Part shown: piece by piece, positions 1 through 11,463 of the stretch
Layout of the letters: each line of letters begins with the position of its first letter
Numbering within the stretch: the stretch's first letter is position 1
Origin: Octopus bimaculoides
Lineage: Eukaryota
Length of the DNA: 61,232 nucleotides
Direction: 5' to 3'
NCBI RefSeq assembly: GCF_001194135.2
Contig: NC_068983.1
Location: forward strand, 101,601,190-101,662,421
Program-made: the position numbers and the translations under genes
Notes under the pieces: model-generated
The model's input: the letters and a program-made list of their open reading frames with translations, nothing else
Database searches by the model: none
Told to the model about the DNA's origin: nothing

Positions 1-38
<38 letters not shown>
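1..38. repeat. (TA)n microsatellite
   Basis: Direct reading. Confidence 0.99.
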
Positions 39-39
<1 letters not shown>

Positions 40-299
40 TTTCGGTGCAAATGGTTTTGTTATACGATGCCGTATTTTACAATCCTGTAAATAATAATAA
101 TCGTATTGTATAGCCAGCTGCAGATGATGTTTCCTGGGGCTAAATTACAACAACATTTGTCCTAAACCAGGACTGCCATGTTATGTTGGCAAATTATCTT
201 TACTCCAATGTACTGTTGCTGAATATCTCTCGCTGTGAGATTTACAAATAGTAATTTTCTGAAATACTTTTGTTTTGAAATCTTCTCATAGATTGTTTG

Positions 300-1600
300 G
301 GTCAAAATTGATAATTTCTATAGCATCGTGGAATCTTTACAACATGCTTGATAATTTAACGTTTGCAACATTTAACTTTTTGGGTACCTTAGATCCAGAC
401 TGTCGATTTTTAGGTATTATCGAAAAATCTATTGTTCCAAGCACTAGATGATGGTCAGTCCAGCTCTCTGCCCCTCTTATGACCTGAACACTAGAAACGT
501 CTTTCTTATCACATTTCCTGATCAGAATATAATCTATGAGATCCCAGTGCTTAGATCTTGGGTGCATCCAGGTGGTTTTATATTTATTTTTCTGCTTAAA
601 CAGAGTGTTGGTGACAACCAGATTATTCTCAGTACAGAATGTCAAAAGAGCTATTCCATTTTTATTGCAATTTCCAACCCCATGTTGACCTTAAACAGGC
701 CATGAAACATAGTCCTTTCCAACTCTTGCATTGAAATCTCCCAATATGACCAGCTTGTCAGAAATTGGTACTTTCCTTAATAATCTTGCTAGATCGTCAT
801 AAAACTGTCCTGCAGTTTCATCAGAATGGGACATTGTTGGTGCATAAATACTGACAACGGTAAGAAACCTACCTTTTGTCAGTTTGATATGGCATGACAT
901 GATCCATTCAGATATACCACTTGGAAGCTCTGCAATGGAGGATACTAATGTATTCTTGAGAGCAAACCCAACACCAGATTCTCTACGCTGACCCGTAGGT
1001 AGGCCTCTCCAAAAGATAGTATATCCATAAGTAGGTTCATTTACTTGACCCTCACCAGTGAGATGAGTTTCAGAGAGCGCAACTATATCAAGGGAATATT
1101 TCTTGAGCTCACATGCAATAAGTGAAGTATGCCTTTCTGGCCCCTTGTTGAAATTATCACCAAGAAGTGTGCGCACATTCCAACAACCGAAATTCGAAGG
1201 ATGTTTATTTTTACTTTTTCTTGAAGATTGTTTGACCACAGTGGCAGGATGACAACTAGGTCTAGCCTGTGATACACTGGGACACCTGCCGAGCTAGGCC
1301 TATTCCCCTGATATTCCCAAGCCTTTTTTGCTATTTACTGAATCTGTTTGAGACATTTTAGAGTAAGTTACAATTAACATTTTTAGGTTTCTGCCAACCA
1401 ACCAATTGAATGATTTTACTAAGATTTGGAGTACAGGAAGTACCTGTGCAGATGAATAATTTTCAGTGGGTGTAGCTTGCACTGCACTACCCCCACCAAT
1501 TGGCCCAAGAAGACTTTTGCTGGCGTGACATGAAAATTGACAAAACTAGGAACTTCTAGGGCCTCAGGTTTTATTTCGGACACCAAACCGACACTCAGAT
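300..1600 (-). mobile_element. RTE-clade (BovB-like) LINE: 5' UTR plus APE endonuclease domain, disrupted, RT region absent
   Basis: ORFs 691-1239 and 337-645 give APE motifs GCWNVRTL, DIVALSETH, SGVGFA, VSIYAPT, LVILGDFNARVG, TWMHPRSKHWDLIDYILIR and WTDHHLV. The reading is interrupted between the two ORFs. Confidence 0.93.
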
Positions 1601-1854
1601 ACTCACTCTATAAAGTGATCAAATATCATTCCAGTGACTGACGTGGAGTAGCTCATTCATAAAAAAAAAAGAGAGAGAGAAAAAGGTCATGTACATACAT
1701 ACATAAGACAAGGCATAAATAATGGTCATTACATAGTTTTCTTCATTGTGGTAAATTTGATTTGCAGCTGTTTCCAGTTGTCATTATAGGTTCGTTAAAA
1801 ATTGAATGACCTAGAAAATTAATACTACTTTCATCAGAATCATTTCAGGTTATA

Positions 1855-2054
1855 ACCAAACAGAACACTGAAAGAATGGTACAGGCATATGGACTTCTTT
1901 TAGTTTCTGTCTACCTAATTCACTCACAAGGCTTTTGTCAGCCTGGAGCTGTCTTCTTGCTGTAACTTGAGGTGTCAAAGTATCTTCTTGCCCAATGTGC
2001 CATGCAACAGGGCTGAACCTAAAACAGTGTGGTTGGGAAGCAAACTTCTCAACC
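1855..2054 (-). mobile_element. tRNA-derived SINE family A, 5' part
   Basis: Matches the head of the fuller family A copies at 4462-4827 and 21358-21740. Confidence 0.75.
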
Positions 2055-2143
2055 TTTAATGGAGTATGCCTATGGGCATACTCCATTAAAATATCCCAAG
2101 CCAGTTATCTGTGACTAGCTAAAACAAAAACTAATGCATACAA

Positions 2144-2174
2144 CATTCATTCATTCATTCATTCATTCATTCAT
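2144..2174. repeat. (CATT)n microsatellite
   Basis: Direct reading. Confidence 0.97.
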
Positions 2175-2529
2175 CTAGCAGCATTATGTAAATTGATTTC
2201 TAACATTGGCATAAGGCCATAAATTTTTGGAGGAGGGTACAAGCGATTAAATTGACCCTAATATCTGACTGGTACTTATTTTGTCAACCCTGTAAGTATG
2301 AAAAATAAGCCTTGAATTATTTTACACGTAATACATAGAAGCATTCATACATATAACACTGCACAGAATATAGACGCACATTTACACATATACTTTCAAG
2401 AACATCGATAATAAAGAAGAAAAATGCTGCCAACAAAAGCAAAGAGAATAAATAAAACACAAGGCACAGTGCCCAGCTTGGTCATTTCTGATATTGTTTA
2501 AAACTTGAAAGAACTGAGAAACTGGATAA

Positions 2530-3012
2530 CTGATGATGATAAAGAAGAGCAAGTTGCTGCTGCTACTGCAACTGCTGCTGCTGCTGCTGTTACTACTGTT
2601 GCTACTGCTACCACTGTTGCTGGTGGAGGTGGTTGTGGTGTAGATGTTGGTTTTGGTGGTTTTGGTGATAATGATGGTTATGATGGTTGTAATGATTTTG
2701 CGGTGGTGGTGGTGGGTGTGAATATGATGGTTGTGGTAGTGGTGGGGGGTAGTTATGGTGATGGTAGTACTGATGATGGTGAAGAGTAGGAGGAGAAGAA
2801 AACGATGAAAGAGGAGGAGGAGGAGGAGGAAGAGGAGGTGGGACATACCAATATGTGCACAATTACCAATATTTTCTTCAAAATCTTTTCCCCCAAATTG
2901 TGAAGTATTCTTTTTCTCCTTCACAATACACACACACACACACACACACTCACACATACATACATACATACATACATACATACATGCATATATACATGTA
3001 TGTATGTATATA
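2530..3012. repeat. Compound microsatellite block (GAT/GCT/GGT/GAG, then CA and TACA)
   Basis: Consecutive tri-, di- and tetranucleotide runs; these explain the low-complexity ORFs at 2382-3073. Confidence 0.95.
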
Positions 3013-3373
3013 TGTAACAAGAAATAAAAAAATAATTAAAGCAATTATTAATCTTATTTCACTCAAAAGTTAATGCAGGATGGAAGTCTTTGGTAGCTAT
3101 CTGTTCAATCATATCTCTACTGATTAAAGTTTGGCCCAACCTATAGAGTCAGTGAACAGGAACCTTCTAGAAAAGAGGGGAAATGATTATTTTGCTGCAA
3201 TGAAAATCAATATCCTTTTTAGGACAATCCTATTTTTTAATGCCTATTGTCTGACTCCCATCTGCTAACTTTTCTCTGATATTAATTTTGTTATCATTCA
3301 AATAGGCACATGGCTATTTTTGTACTTTAATATTTGTGCCTTTTTATTATTATTGTATTTATGCATACAAGGA

Positions 3374-3485
3374 TAAGGATGATGATGATGATGATGATGA
3401 TGATGTGATTAGGAGGAAAATTAGGAGGAGAGGAGTAGAGGAAGAGGAGGAGAGGAGTTGAGGAAGAGGAGGAGTGGGAGGAGGA
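3374..3485. repeat. (GAT)n and (GAG)n microsatellites
   Basis: Direct reading. Confidence 0.93.
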
Positions 3486-3565
3486 AAGGCATAAATATTA
3501 AAGTACATGTATGTCTGAGGAATGAATCCTGGTGGCAAAATAAATGTCTAACAATCAGAATCTTG

Positions 3566-3799
3566 TTTCTTTATTGCCCACAAGGGGCTAAACATAGAGG
3601 GGACAAACAAGGACAGACAAAGGGGTTAAGTCGATTACATCGACCCCAGTGAGTAACTGGTACTTAATTTATCGACCCTGAAAGGATGAAAGGCAAAGTC
3701 GACCTCGGTGGAATTTGAACTCAGAATGTAAAGACAGATAAAATACCGCTAAGCATTTCGCCCGGCGTGCTAACGTTTCTGCCAGCTCGCCACCTTGTG
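3566..3799 (-). mobile_element. SINE family B, young full-length copy with 21-bp TSD
   Basis: Head GGTGGCGAGCTGGCAGAAACGTTAGC with B-box-like GAGTTCAAATTCC; CpGs retained. Perfect direct repeat TGTCTAACAATCAGAATCTTG at 3545-3565 and 3800-3820. Confidence 0.92.
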
Positions 3800-3820
3800 T
3801 GTCTAACAATCAGAATCTTG

Positions 3821-4450
3821 CCAGACAAAATATGTTGTGATGTTTAGTCACTTCCTTCTATATTCTGAATTCAAATCTTGCCAAAGTCAACTTTGCCGTT
3901 TATCCTTCTGGGCAATTGCACAGAGTCACTTTCAGTCAAATACTGGTTTGATGTACCCTTCAGATTTCTGGCCTTGTGCTTAGGCTAGATATTATTGGTT
4001 TCAAATTTTAGCACAAGGCCAGCAGTTTTGGAGAAGGGGCTAAGTTGGTTACATTGACCCCAGCGCTTGATTGCTACTTATTTTATCGACTCAGAACAGA
4101 TGAAAGACAAACTCAACCTTGGTGGAATTTGAACTCAGAATGTGCAGACAGATGAAACTCCACTAAGCATTTTGCCTAGCAGGCTAATGATTCTTTCCAG
4201 CTTCTTAGGTTAGACATTATTAAAAGTAATACTGCAAAGATTGGCAGAATTAGTAGAGTGATTGACAAAATGCCTTGCAGTATTTAGTCATGTTTCTTTA
4301 TATTTTGAGTTCAAATCCTGCTGAAATCAACATTAATTTTTATTCTAATGGGGTTCAATAAAATAAACTATCAGTCAGATACTGGCTTAATGTAGTAGTC
4401 TATATCTCCCTTGCACCCTTCAAATTTATGACCTTGTACCAGTGCCAAAA
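3821..4450. mobile_element. Cluster of older SINE family B copies (+, -, +)
   Basis: Degenerate TTCTGAGTTCAAAT..GTCAACTTTGCC..TACTGG modules in alternating orientation. Confidence 0.78.
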
Positions 4451-4461
4451 ATCAGTATTAT

Positions 4462-4827
4462 TCTTTTATTCCTTTACTTGTTTCAGTCGTTTGACTGCAG
4501 CCATGCTGGAGCACCACCTTTAGTCAAACAAATCGACCCCAGGACTTATTCTTTGTAAGCCAAGTACTTATTATATCGGTATCTTTTGCTGAACCGCTAA
4601 GTTATGGGTATGTAAACATACCAGCATCGGTTGTCAAGCGATGTTTGGACATACACACGCGCGCGCGCGCCAGGCTTCTTTCAGTTTCCATCTACCAAAT
4701 CCACACACTAGGATTTGGTCGGCCCGAGGTTATAGTAGAAGACACTCGTCCAAGGTACCACACAGTAGGACTGAACCTGGAACCATGTGGTTGGTAAGTA
4801 GCTACTTACCACACAGCCACTCCTGCG
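4462..4827 (-). mobile_element. SINE family A, full-length (tRNA head, internal dinucleotide run, CR1-type tail)
   Basis: Minus-strand head GCAGGAGTGGCTGTGTGGTAAGTAGC..GGTTCAGTCC; tail GGTGCTCCAGCATGGCTGCAGTCAAACGACTGAAACAAGTAAA. Confidence 0.9.
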
Positions 4828-4997
4828 TGTGACTACCCTGCATTATATAAGGGTAGGTGGGAGTCACTGGAAAGAGGATAGAGATGAAGACAATTACCAA
4901 AATTCCTAGACCTCAAATAATTTGTGATATAAATTATTAGAATAAGAAAGTTCACTTGTAGAAACACATTTCTTTGGCATTATCTAATATTATTTAA

Positions 4998-5204
4998 CCC
5001 TTTAGCATTCAAATTACTGTCAAATGCAGTGCTTATATAGTCATATTATTTTGAATTAATCATGTATTACCTTGTAGCTCCAAGATTTTGATGATATGAT
5101 TGTTTAAATTTAAAATGACACCGTAGGGTAGGTGTGAGAGGTATAATCTGGTTAGTTTGAAAATAAAACAAGTAGAATATTTTGGCTGGATAAATGCTAA
5201 AGGG
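4998..5204. mobile_element. piggyBac-type MITE
   Basis: TTAA target duplication on both sides (4994-4997, 5205-5208) and terminal inverted repeats CCCTTTAGCATT / AATGCTAAAGGG. Confidence 0.88.
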
Positions 5205-5209
5205 TTAAG

Positions 5210-5380
5210 GCAGCAAGCTGGCAGAATCATTAGCACCCCAGGCAAAACGCTCAGTGGCATTTTGTACATCTTTATATTCTGAGTTTAAATTCTACTGAGG
5301 TCACCTTTGCTTTTCATTTTGTTTGGGTCAATAAGATAAGTAGCAGTCAAGCACTAGGGTCAATATAATTGACCAGGCCC
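5210..5380 (+). mobile_element. SINE family B
   Basis: GCAAGCTGGCAGAATCATTAGCAC..GAGTTTAAATTC..CACTAGGGTCAAT. Confidence 0.8.
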
Positions 5381-6255
5381 TCCCCAAGCAAGTGGTGGGA
5401 GGCAGGACTCATGATCTTGGCAAACCCTTGCAGAGTGCTATGATTGGTGGGGGCTGGTGTTCAGCTTAGACATTTGTAAAACAATATCTGCAGCAGGGGA
5501 AACATGCTAGAGAGAAAAGCATGAACTTAGTATGGAGAAATAGTATGAATAATATAATTCTTTCTAATTTTGGCACAAGGCCAGCAATTTGAGGGGAGGG
5601 GATTTAAGCTGATTACATCGACCCCAGTATTTGGCTGGTATTTATTTTATTAAGGTGCCACATAAAAAGCACTGGTGATGGTGCCATGTAAAAAGTACCC
5701 AGTACTCTCTGCAAAGTGGTTGGTATTAGGAAAAGCATCCAGCAGTAGAGACCAAGCCAAAACAGACTCTTACTTAATATTATAAAAGACTGTGTGAACA
5801 AATCAGAACCTGTTCAAATGTATTGTATGATGGGTAATGTATATAAATATCTTACTGCTATAAAGTATCGTATGACAGAATATAAGCATTAAATCTTAAT
5901 GTGTTGTATTGTATGAACTAATATACAACACATATTACATAATATATATGGTATGAATTAATATGAATGTCTTAATGTACCATATGAAGTAGTGTATATA
6001 TTTTATTTACTGTTATAAAGTATTATGTGAAATCTTAATGTTGCTATTGTTGTTGCTTAGCCCCAGGTCAACATTGATTGAGCTGACCTCAGATCAAAAT
6101 CTTTCCAGTATGACAATCCTATCTTTTTAAGAAGTATGTCTAAGACTACATTATTCAATATGTCCTGTCCTTTCTCCAGGTGGTAGGGTGTTGCTATTTC
6201 TAACAAACCGTGTGACCATGCTGCTATTTCTAACAAATTGTGTGACCATGTTGAG

Positions 6256-6413
6256 CAGCAGTTCTCAGCCATGGTTCCCATGGATGCAGGCAGCCCCCAA
6301 AGTCTTCCCTCTATAAATATAATAATTTTTTCTTTGACTGACTTGTGCTTTACTTTTTTGGTGTGGGACCCCTAAAAATGTTTTGGATTTGGACCAGATA
6401 TTGAGAACCACTG
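6256..6413. mobile_element. hAT-type MITE
   Basis: TIRs CAGCAGTTCTCAG / TTGAGAACCACTG; 8-bp flanks ATGTTGAG (6248-6255) and ATGTAGAG (6414-6421), 7/8 identical. Confidence 0.8.
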
Positions 6414-6474
6414 ATGTAGAGACCCCTTATTTATGTTGTGATATGTGATCCTATTTAATGCTGTAAAAGGTAAA

Positions 6475-6805
6475 GACCTCTTCAGTCATGAATGACCATG
6501 GAACTGCACATTGAAAGTACCTCTCCATGGTACAAGTCTGGCAAATTTGTTTATGGAAGACCAGCAGTCACCCATACATACCAGCCCCCCTCTCTGTGCC
6601 ACTGATGTTATCCAAAGGAAAGGCAAAGGCCAATACAGCTTGGCACCAGTGACACCACAACTCATTTCTAGAGCTGAGTGAACTAGAGCAATGTGAAATA
6701 AAGTGTCTTGTTCAAGAACACAACACACAACCCGGTCCAAGAATTGAACTCACTACCTCATGATTGTGAGTCTGACGCTCTAACCACTGAACCATGCACC
6801 TTCAC
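6475..6805 (-). mobile_element. tRNA-derived SINE family D
   Basis: Minus-strand A box TGGTTCAGTGGTTAGAGC and B box GAGTTCAATTC, followed by TTGTGTTCTTGAACAAGACACTT body. Confidence 0.85.
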
Positions 6806-6939
6806 TTACTCTCTTAATGCTGTAATGTATTATATAAAGCAGTGATTCTCAACCATTTTCTTTTCTATGGACCCCTTTGATTATTATTTTATTCTGGTGG
6901 ACTCCCATAGCCATNNNNNNNNNNGGTGGTGGTCTTGTC

Positions 6940-7390
6940 AGATATAGGTACAAAGCCTGAAATTTGGAGGAGAGGAAGCAAGTTGATTACATCAACCCCA
7001 GTGCTTCACTGGCTGGTTCTGATTTCATTGACCCTGAAAGGATGAAAGGAAAAGTCAACATCAATAGAATTAGAACTCAGAACATAAACATAGAAGAGAT
7101 ACTGCTAAGCACTTCGTCCAGCATGCTAAAGATTCTGCCAGCTCACTGCCTTAATAATAATAATGATAATAATAATCCTTTCTACTATAGGCACAAGGTC
7201 TGAAATTTTGGGGAAAGGATTAAGTCAATTACGACAACCTCAGTGTGTAATTGGTACTAATTTAATCAACCCCAAAAGGATGAAAGGCAAAGTTGATCTT
7301 GGTAGAATTTGAACTCAGAATGTAGCAACAGATGATATATTGTTAAGCATTTTGCCTGGCGGGCTAACAATTTTGCTAGCTTACCATCTT
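6940..7390 (-). mobile_element. Two tandem SINE family B copies
   Basis: Two successive family B bodies separated by (AAT)n. Confidence 0.82.
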
Positions 7391-7439
7391 AATAATAATA
7401 ATAATGATAATGATGATGATAATAATAATAATGGTAATA

Positions 7440-8655
7440 ATAGTAGTGATAATAATGTCTAGAAAACCTCTCGCACACTCTATCACAATGAACCAAACTA
7501 CGTCCCTACATCCCTTCTCTTCATCAAATTTCTGCTTCATGTACTATGATTACCTCCCACTCCCCAATCTTGTTCTCTTGGCCCAGTGCCACTGTATCAT
7601 TGCTCTCTGCTTGCCTCCAAACTGTGCATTCTACCCACATGCCTTGTATCATTCTGTTATTGCCTTCTACTAGTCCCTGACCTGGGTGTTCCACCCACGC
7701 GTAACAAGAAAACTTTTCTTTCACTGGACCCCAACAAACCAATTTACATCTCATTCTTTCTCCCATTTCCTCCTTCATTCACTATGCCTAGCTCTCACTC
7801 CCCGATCCTGTCCTCACACCTCTGTATCATTGCTATCCAGTAGTCCCTCCAACTCTATATATACCCAGGTCTTTTGGCACTTACTCACACTCTTTAATTG
7901 CACTCCCTTCACAATATCCTGTCACATGTTATGGCATTTAAACCTCAAAGGTATGCCCTGGCACTTACCACTATCTAGATCTCTCTCTTCCTTTACTCAA
8001 CCATCTCATTTATATTCTGATCCCCATTCCTTGTGAGCATGTCTGGTATTTTTCCACCATCTCCATCTTGCAGTCTCTCTCTCTCTCTCCCTCTTTCTCC
8101 TGTACTTCTCTCAGGTTGAGCAACTGTGCATTTTCTTTGCAGTAGCACACCTGTTTCTGTCTTCATTCCTGATCTTTCTCTCTCTGGCTGGGTAACCTTG
8201 TATTTCCTCTTTAGTAAGACACTTAACTTAAATCTGTCTCACTATAACCTTTTGATCATCACCTCCGCCAATGCCTCCTCCCCTCTTAAAAGTTTTCGTC
8301 TTGCATGTACTTGGTGACCCTGTCAGTGCAGGTGCCACTTAAAAGCATCCAGTCCACACTGTAAAGTAGTTAGTGTTTGGAAGGGCATTCAGCTGTAAAA
8401 ACCGTGCCAAAACTGACCTCACCTGTGCTTGTGCCACATAAAAAGTACTACTCACCTCACCTGTGCTTGTGCCACTTAAAAAGCACTAAGTCCACTCTGC
8501 TGAGTGGTTGGTGTTAGGAAGGGCATCCAGCTGTAAAAATTCTGCCATAACAGTCACAGAAGTCTAATGCAGTTTTTGGCCTGACTGGCTCTTGTAGTAC
8601 CATCCCACCCATGTTAGCATGGAACACGGACGTTAAATGATGATGATGATGATAA
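7440..8655 (+). mobile_element. RTE-associated repeat: CT-rich body plus RTE-type 3' tail ending in (GAT)n
   Basis: Tail GTTAGGAAGGGCATCCAGCTGTAAAA..CCCATGTTAGCATGGAACACGGACGTTAAATGATGATG, shared with the RTE 3' end at 18405-19255. Confidence 0.75.
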
Positions 8656-8659
8656 TGAA

Positions 8660-9060
8660 TAATGTAGTACCAGGCAGTGGCTCTCATGGCTTCTCATTTT
8701 AACTGAATAGAAGTGTTATCATGTACATTGTTTCATCTTGACGTAAAAGATGGGCTACAGCAAATATTCTGTTCAATACCACAGATTTTCTTGTCAGTTG
8801 TTTGACATTAACCAGTTGAGCATGTCCCTTAGTGGCTGACAATATGTGCATCTCAGATCATGAGCAGAAGTAGTTGGAGAGCATCAAAGCCATGTGTTGA
8901 GAGAAATTCTTTGGGGTTTGGATTATTCACCTTTGGAAACATGGTTGTTTTGTTCAACATCCTTAAACAATCCTTATTCTGTGTGAGTACAGAAAACACA
9001 CAGGCCACATAGAGAACATTTCCTTCATCAGCTGTCACCATTCTAAAACTAAGCGTTTCG
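8660..9060. repeat. Interspersed repeat, probable retroelement 3' region (family unassigned)
   Basis: Higher-GC segment with sharp boundaries that I recognise as recurrent octopus repeat sequence; no diagnostic protein motif. Confidence 0.45.
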
Positions 9061-9119
9061 AAGAGTTATGTATGTATATATATATATTTGTGTGTGTGTG
9101 TGTGTGTTGTGTATGTATA

Positions 9120-10595
9120 TACTATTCCTTCTTTACTAAACGTAGTAGTTATAATTTATATTTATTAATTTGTATTGATTGGTACGTTAATATTTTTAGT
9201 GAGTTTAAGGATTTAATATTTTAATGACGCTATGATTTTTTGTAAAATTAATAATATAAATATTTTAATTAATTAATTTAATTATAGTAATCTAGCTTAT
9301 TTCATATGTATTATTTAAGTTATGTTTCTTAGTCTTATTCTTTAGAATCTTTAATTACTTAGATTTTAACATTCAATAAAATGTTTATAATATAGTTAAT
9401 TGTTTTATTGTGATATAAGTTATATAAAGTTTAATTTTCATTCATGATTTTATAAATAAAACTTTCATTCATGTTTTTATATCTCTTTATTCTATTCTTT
9501 TTCTTTACGCAATATCTTCATGTGACTTCTTTCTAATAAACGCTTAGTTCTGAGTTTAACGTCTAAAATTTTTAGTTTAAACTATAGCATCGTTGAGATA
9601 AGTATTGCTTTTATCTTCGTTAATATTGTTAAATGACTTTCCATCATTGATTGGAAGAACATGTATTTTTACATTAATTCAATTGATATTTAATGTTAGC
9701 TGATAACTTATGTAACACTAAGTTAATAGTATTAAGTTTATCATTTTAGTTTAAACCAAAACTTCGATTTGATTAGGGTTGCATTTTTTCCAATAATATT
9801 GTTTAATATTTCTTTTTGATTTATGGGATAAATAAGTAGTTTTTTTTTATATAATTTCTTTGATTATTAGTTAATATTCTAATTAAGGTTAAGTTAATAG
9901 TACAACATTTATAATTTTATTTAAACTAAAGATTCGATTAGATATATTTTGTATTTCTTTTCAATAATTTTGTTAAATATTTTTTCCTTTATTTAATGGT
10001 GATATAATTGCTTTTATATAAATTAATTTATATTAATTAATTTTTTGTTAGTTTATATTAAAATTAAAGTTATTTATTTTACGTTTATAATTTTAGTTTA
10101 ACTTAAAACTTCGTTTAAACTGTATTTTAAACGAAATATTCGTTAAGATAAGATTTGCATATAATATTTGTTAGTTTATATTATAATAAACGTAAAGTTA
10201 ATTATGGCACGTTTATAATTTTTGATATGATTAGTATTAAATTTCTTTTTAATAATATTGTTTAACATTTTTCTATCTTAATATAATAAATATTTTTATA
10301 TACATTCATTTGTTATTTATCGTTGGTTGATATATACATTCTTTTTATTACTATTATTGTTGTATTTTGACCTGAAGATTAGCTATATTTTTTATCGATT
10401 TAATCGATTTGAATATATTTTATTTTCTATTTAAAAGCTTGGTTATGAAACACGTGTAGTCGTTTTATTATCATTATTTTATGACTTTTTCTTTGTATTA
10501 TATTATACTTATTTATCGTGCATTTACTTATTAATTTTTCTATATGTGACTGTAAATTTTCCTGGATGAGTTCATGAACTTTGGTTCTTTTCTCT
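9120..10595. repeat. Very AT-rich element with a diverged ~170-bp tandem array (4-5 units, ~9560-10300) and a terminus shared with 16310-16440
   Basis: Recurrent TTTAGTTTAAAC..TTCG(A/T)TT..ATAATATTGTT(T)AA at about 9570, 9745, 9915 and 10090. The ~130 bp ending GGATGAGTTCATGAACTTTGGTTCTTTTCTCT recurs at 16.3-16.4 kb. Confidence 0.7.
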
Positions 10596-10773
10596 CTTTA
10601 CTCTCTTTTACTTGTTTCAGTCATTTGACTGCGGCCATGCTGGAGCACTGCCTTTAGTCGAGCAAATCGACCCCAGGACTTATTCTTTGTAAGCCTAGTA
10701 CTTATTCTATTGGTCTCTTTTGCTGAACCGCTAAGTTACGGGGACGTAAACACACCAGCATCGGTTGTCAAGC
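10595..10773 (-). mobile_element. SINE family A, 3' half, running into a gap
   Basis: Near-consensus tail with CpGs intact. Confidence 0.9.
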
Positions 10774-11463
10774 NNNNNNNNNNNNNNNNNNNNNNNNNNN
10801 NNNNNNNNNNNNNNNNNNNNNNNNNNNNNNNNNNNNNNNNNNNNNNNNNNNNNNNNNNNNNNNNNNNNNNNNNNNNNNNNNNNNNNNNNNNNNNNNNNNN
10901 NNNNNNNNNNNNNNNNNNNNNNNNNNNNNNNNNNNNNNNNNNNNNNNNNNNNNNNNNNNNNNNNNNNNNNNNNNNNNNNNNNNNNNNNNNNNNNNNNNNN
11001 NNNNNNNNNNNNNNNNNNNNNNNNNNNNNNNNNNNNNNNNNNNNNNNNNNNNNNNNNNNNNNNNNNNNNNNNNNNNNNNNNNNNNNNNNNNNNNNNNNNN
11101 NNNNNNNNNNNNNNNNNNNNNNNNNNNNNNNNNNNNNNNNNNNNNNNNNNNNNNNNNNNNNNNNNNNNNNNNNNNNNNNNNNNNNNNNNNNNNNNNNNNN
11201 NNNNNNNNNNNNNNNNNNNNNNNNNNNNNNNNNNNNNNNNNNNNNNNNNNNNNNNNNNNNNNNNNNNNNNNNNNNNNNNNNNNNNNNNNNNNNNNNNNNN
11301 NNNNNNNNNNNNNNNNNNNNNNNNNNNNNNNNNNNNNNNNNNNNNNNNNNNNNNNNNNNNNNNNNNNNNNNNNNNNNNNNNNNNNNNNNNNNNNNNNNNN
11401 NNNNNNNNNNNNNNNNNNNNNNNNNNNNNNNNNNNNNNNNNNNNNNNNNNNNNNNNNNNNNNN
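10774..11463. other. Assembly gap; others at 6915-6924, 12773-12951, 14836-14935, 21796-21864, 25703-26150, 57807-57920, 58729-58828
   Basis: N runs; all X-containing ORFs are artefacts of these. Confidence 0.99.

Noticed and set aside
2382-3073. Several 70-212 aa ORFs rich in H/T/S/P/V/C
   Set aside because: These are translations of compound microsatellites; the same applies to ORFs near 45.7, 48.9, 51.8, 55.9 and 58.6 kb.
9120-10470. Ciliate-like genetic code (TAA/TAG read as Gln) ORF in the AT-rich block
   Set aside because: Short minus-strand stretches read plausibly, but TGA stops interrupt the frames I followed and the repeat units do not keep a common frame.
10555-10585. Hammerhead-like CTGGATGAG..GAAC (also near 16400)
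   Set aside because: There is an extra G in the core, no GAAA box and no stem I or III; at most a deleted relic.
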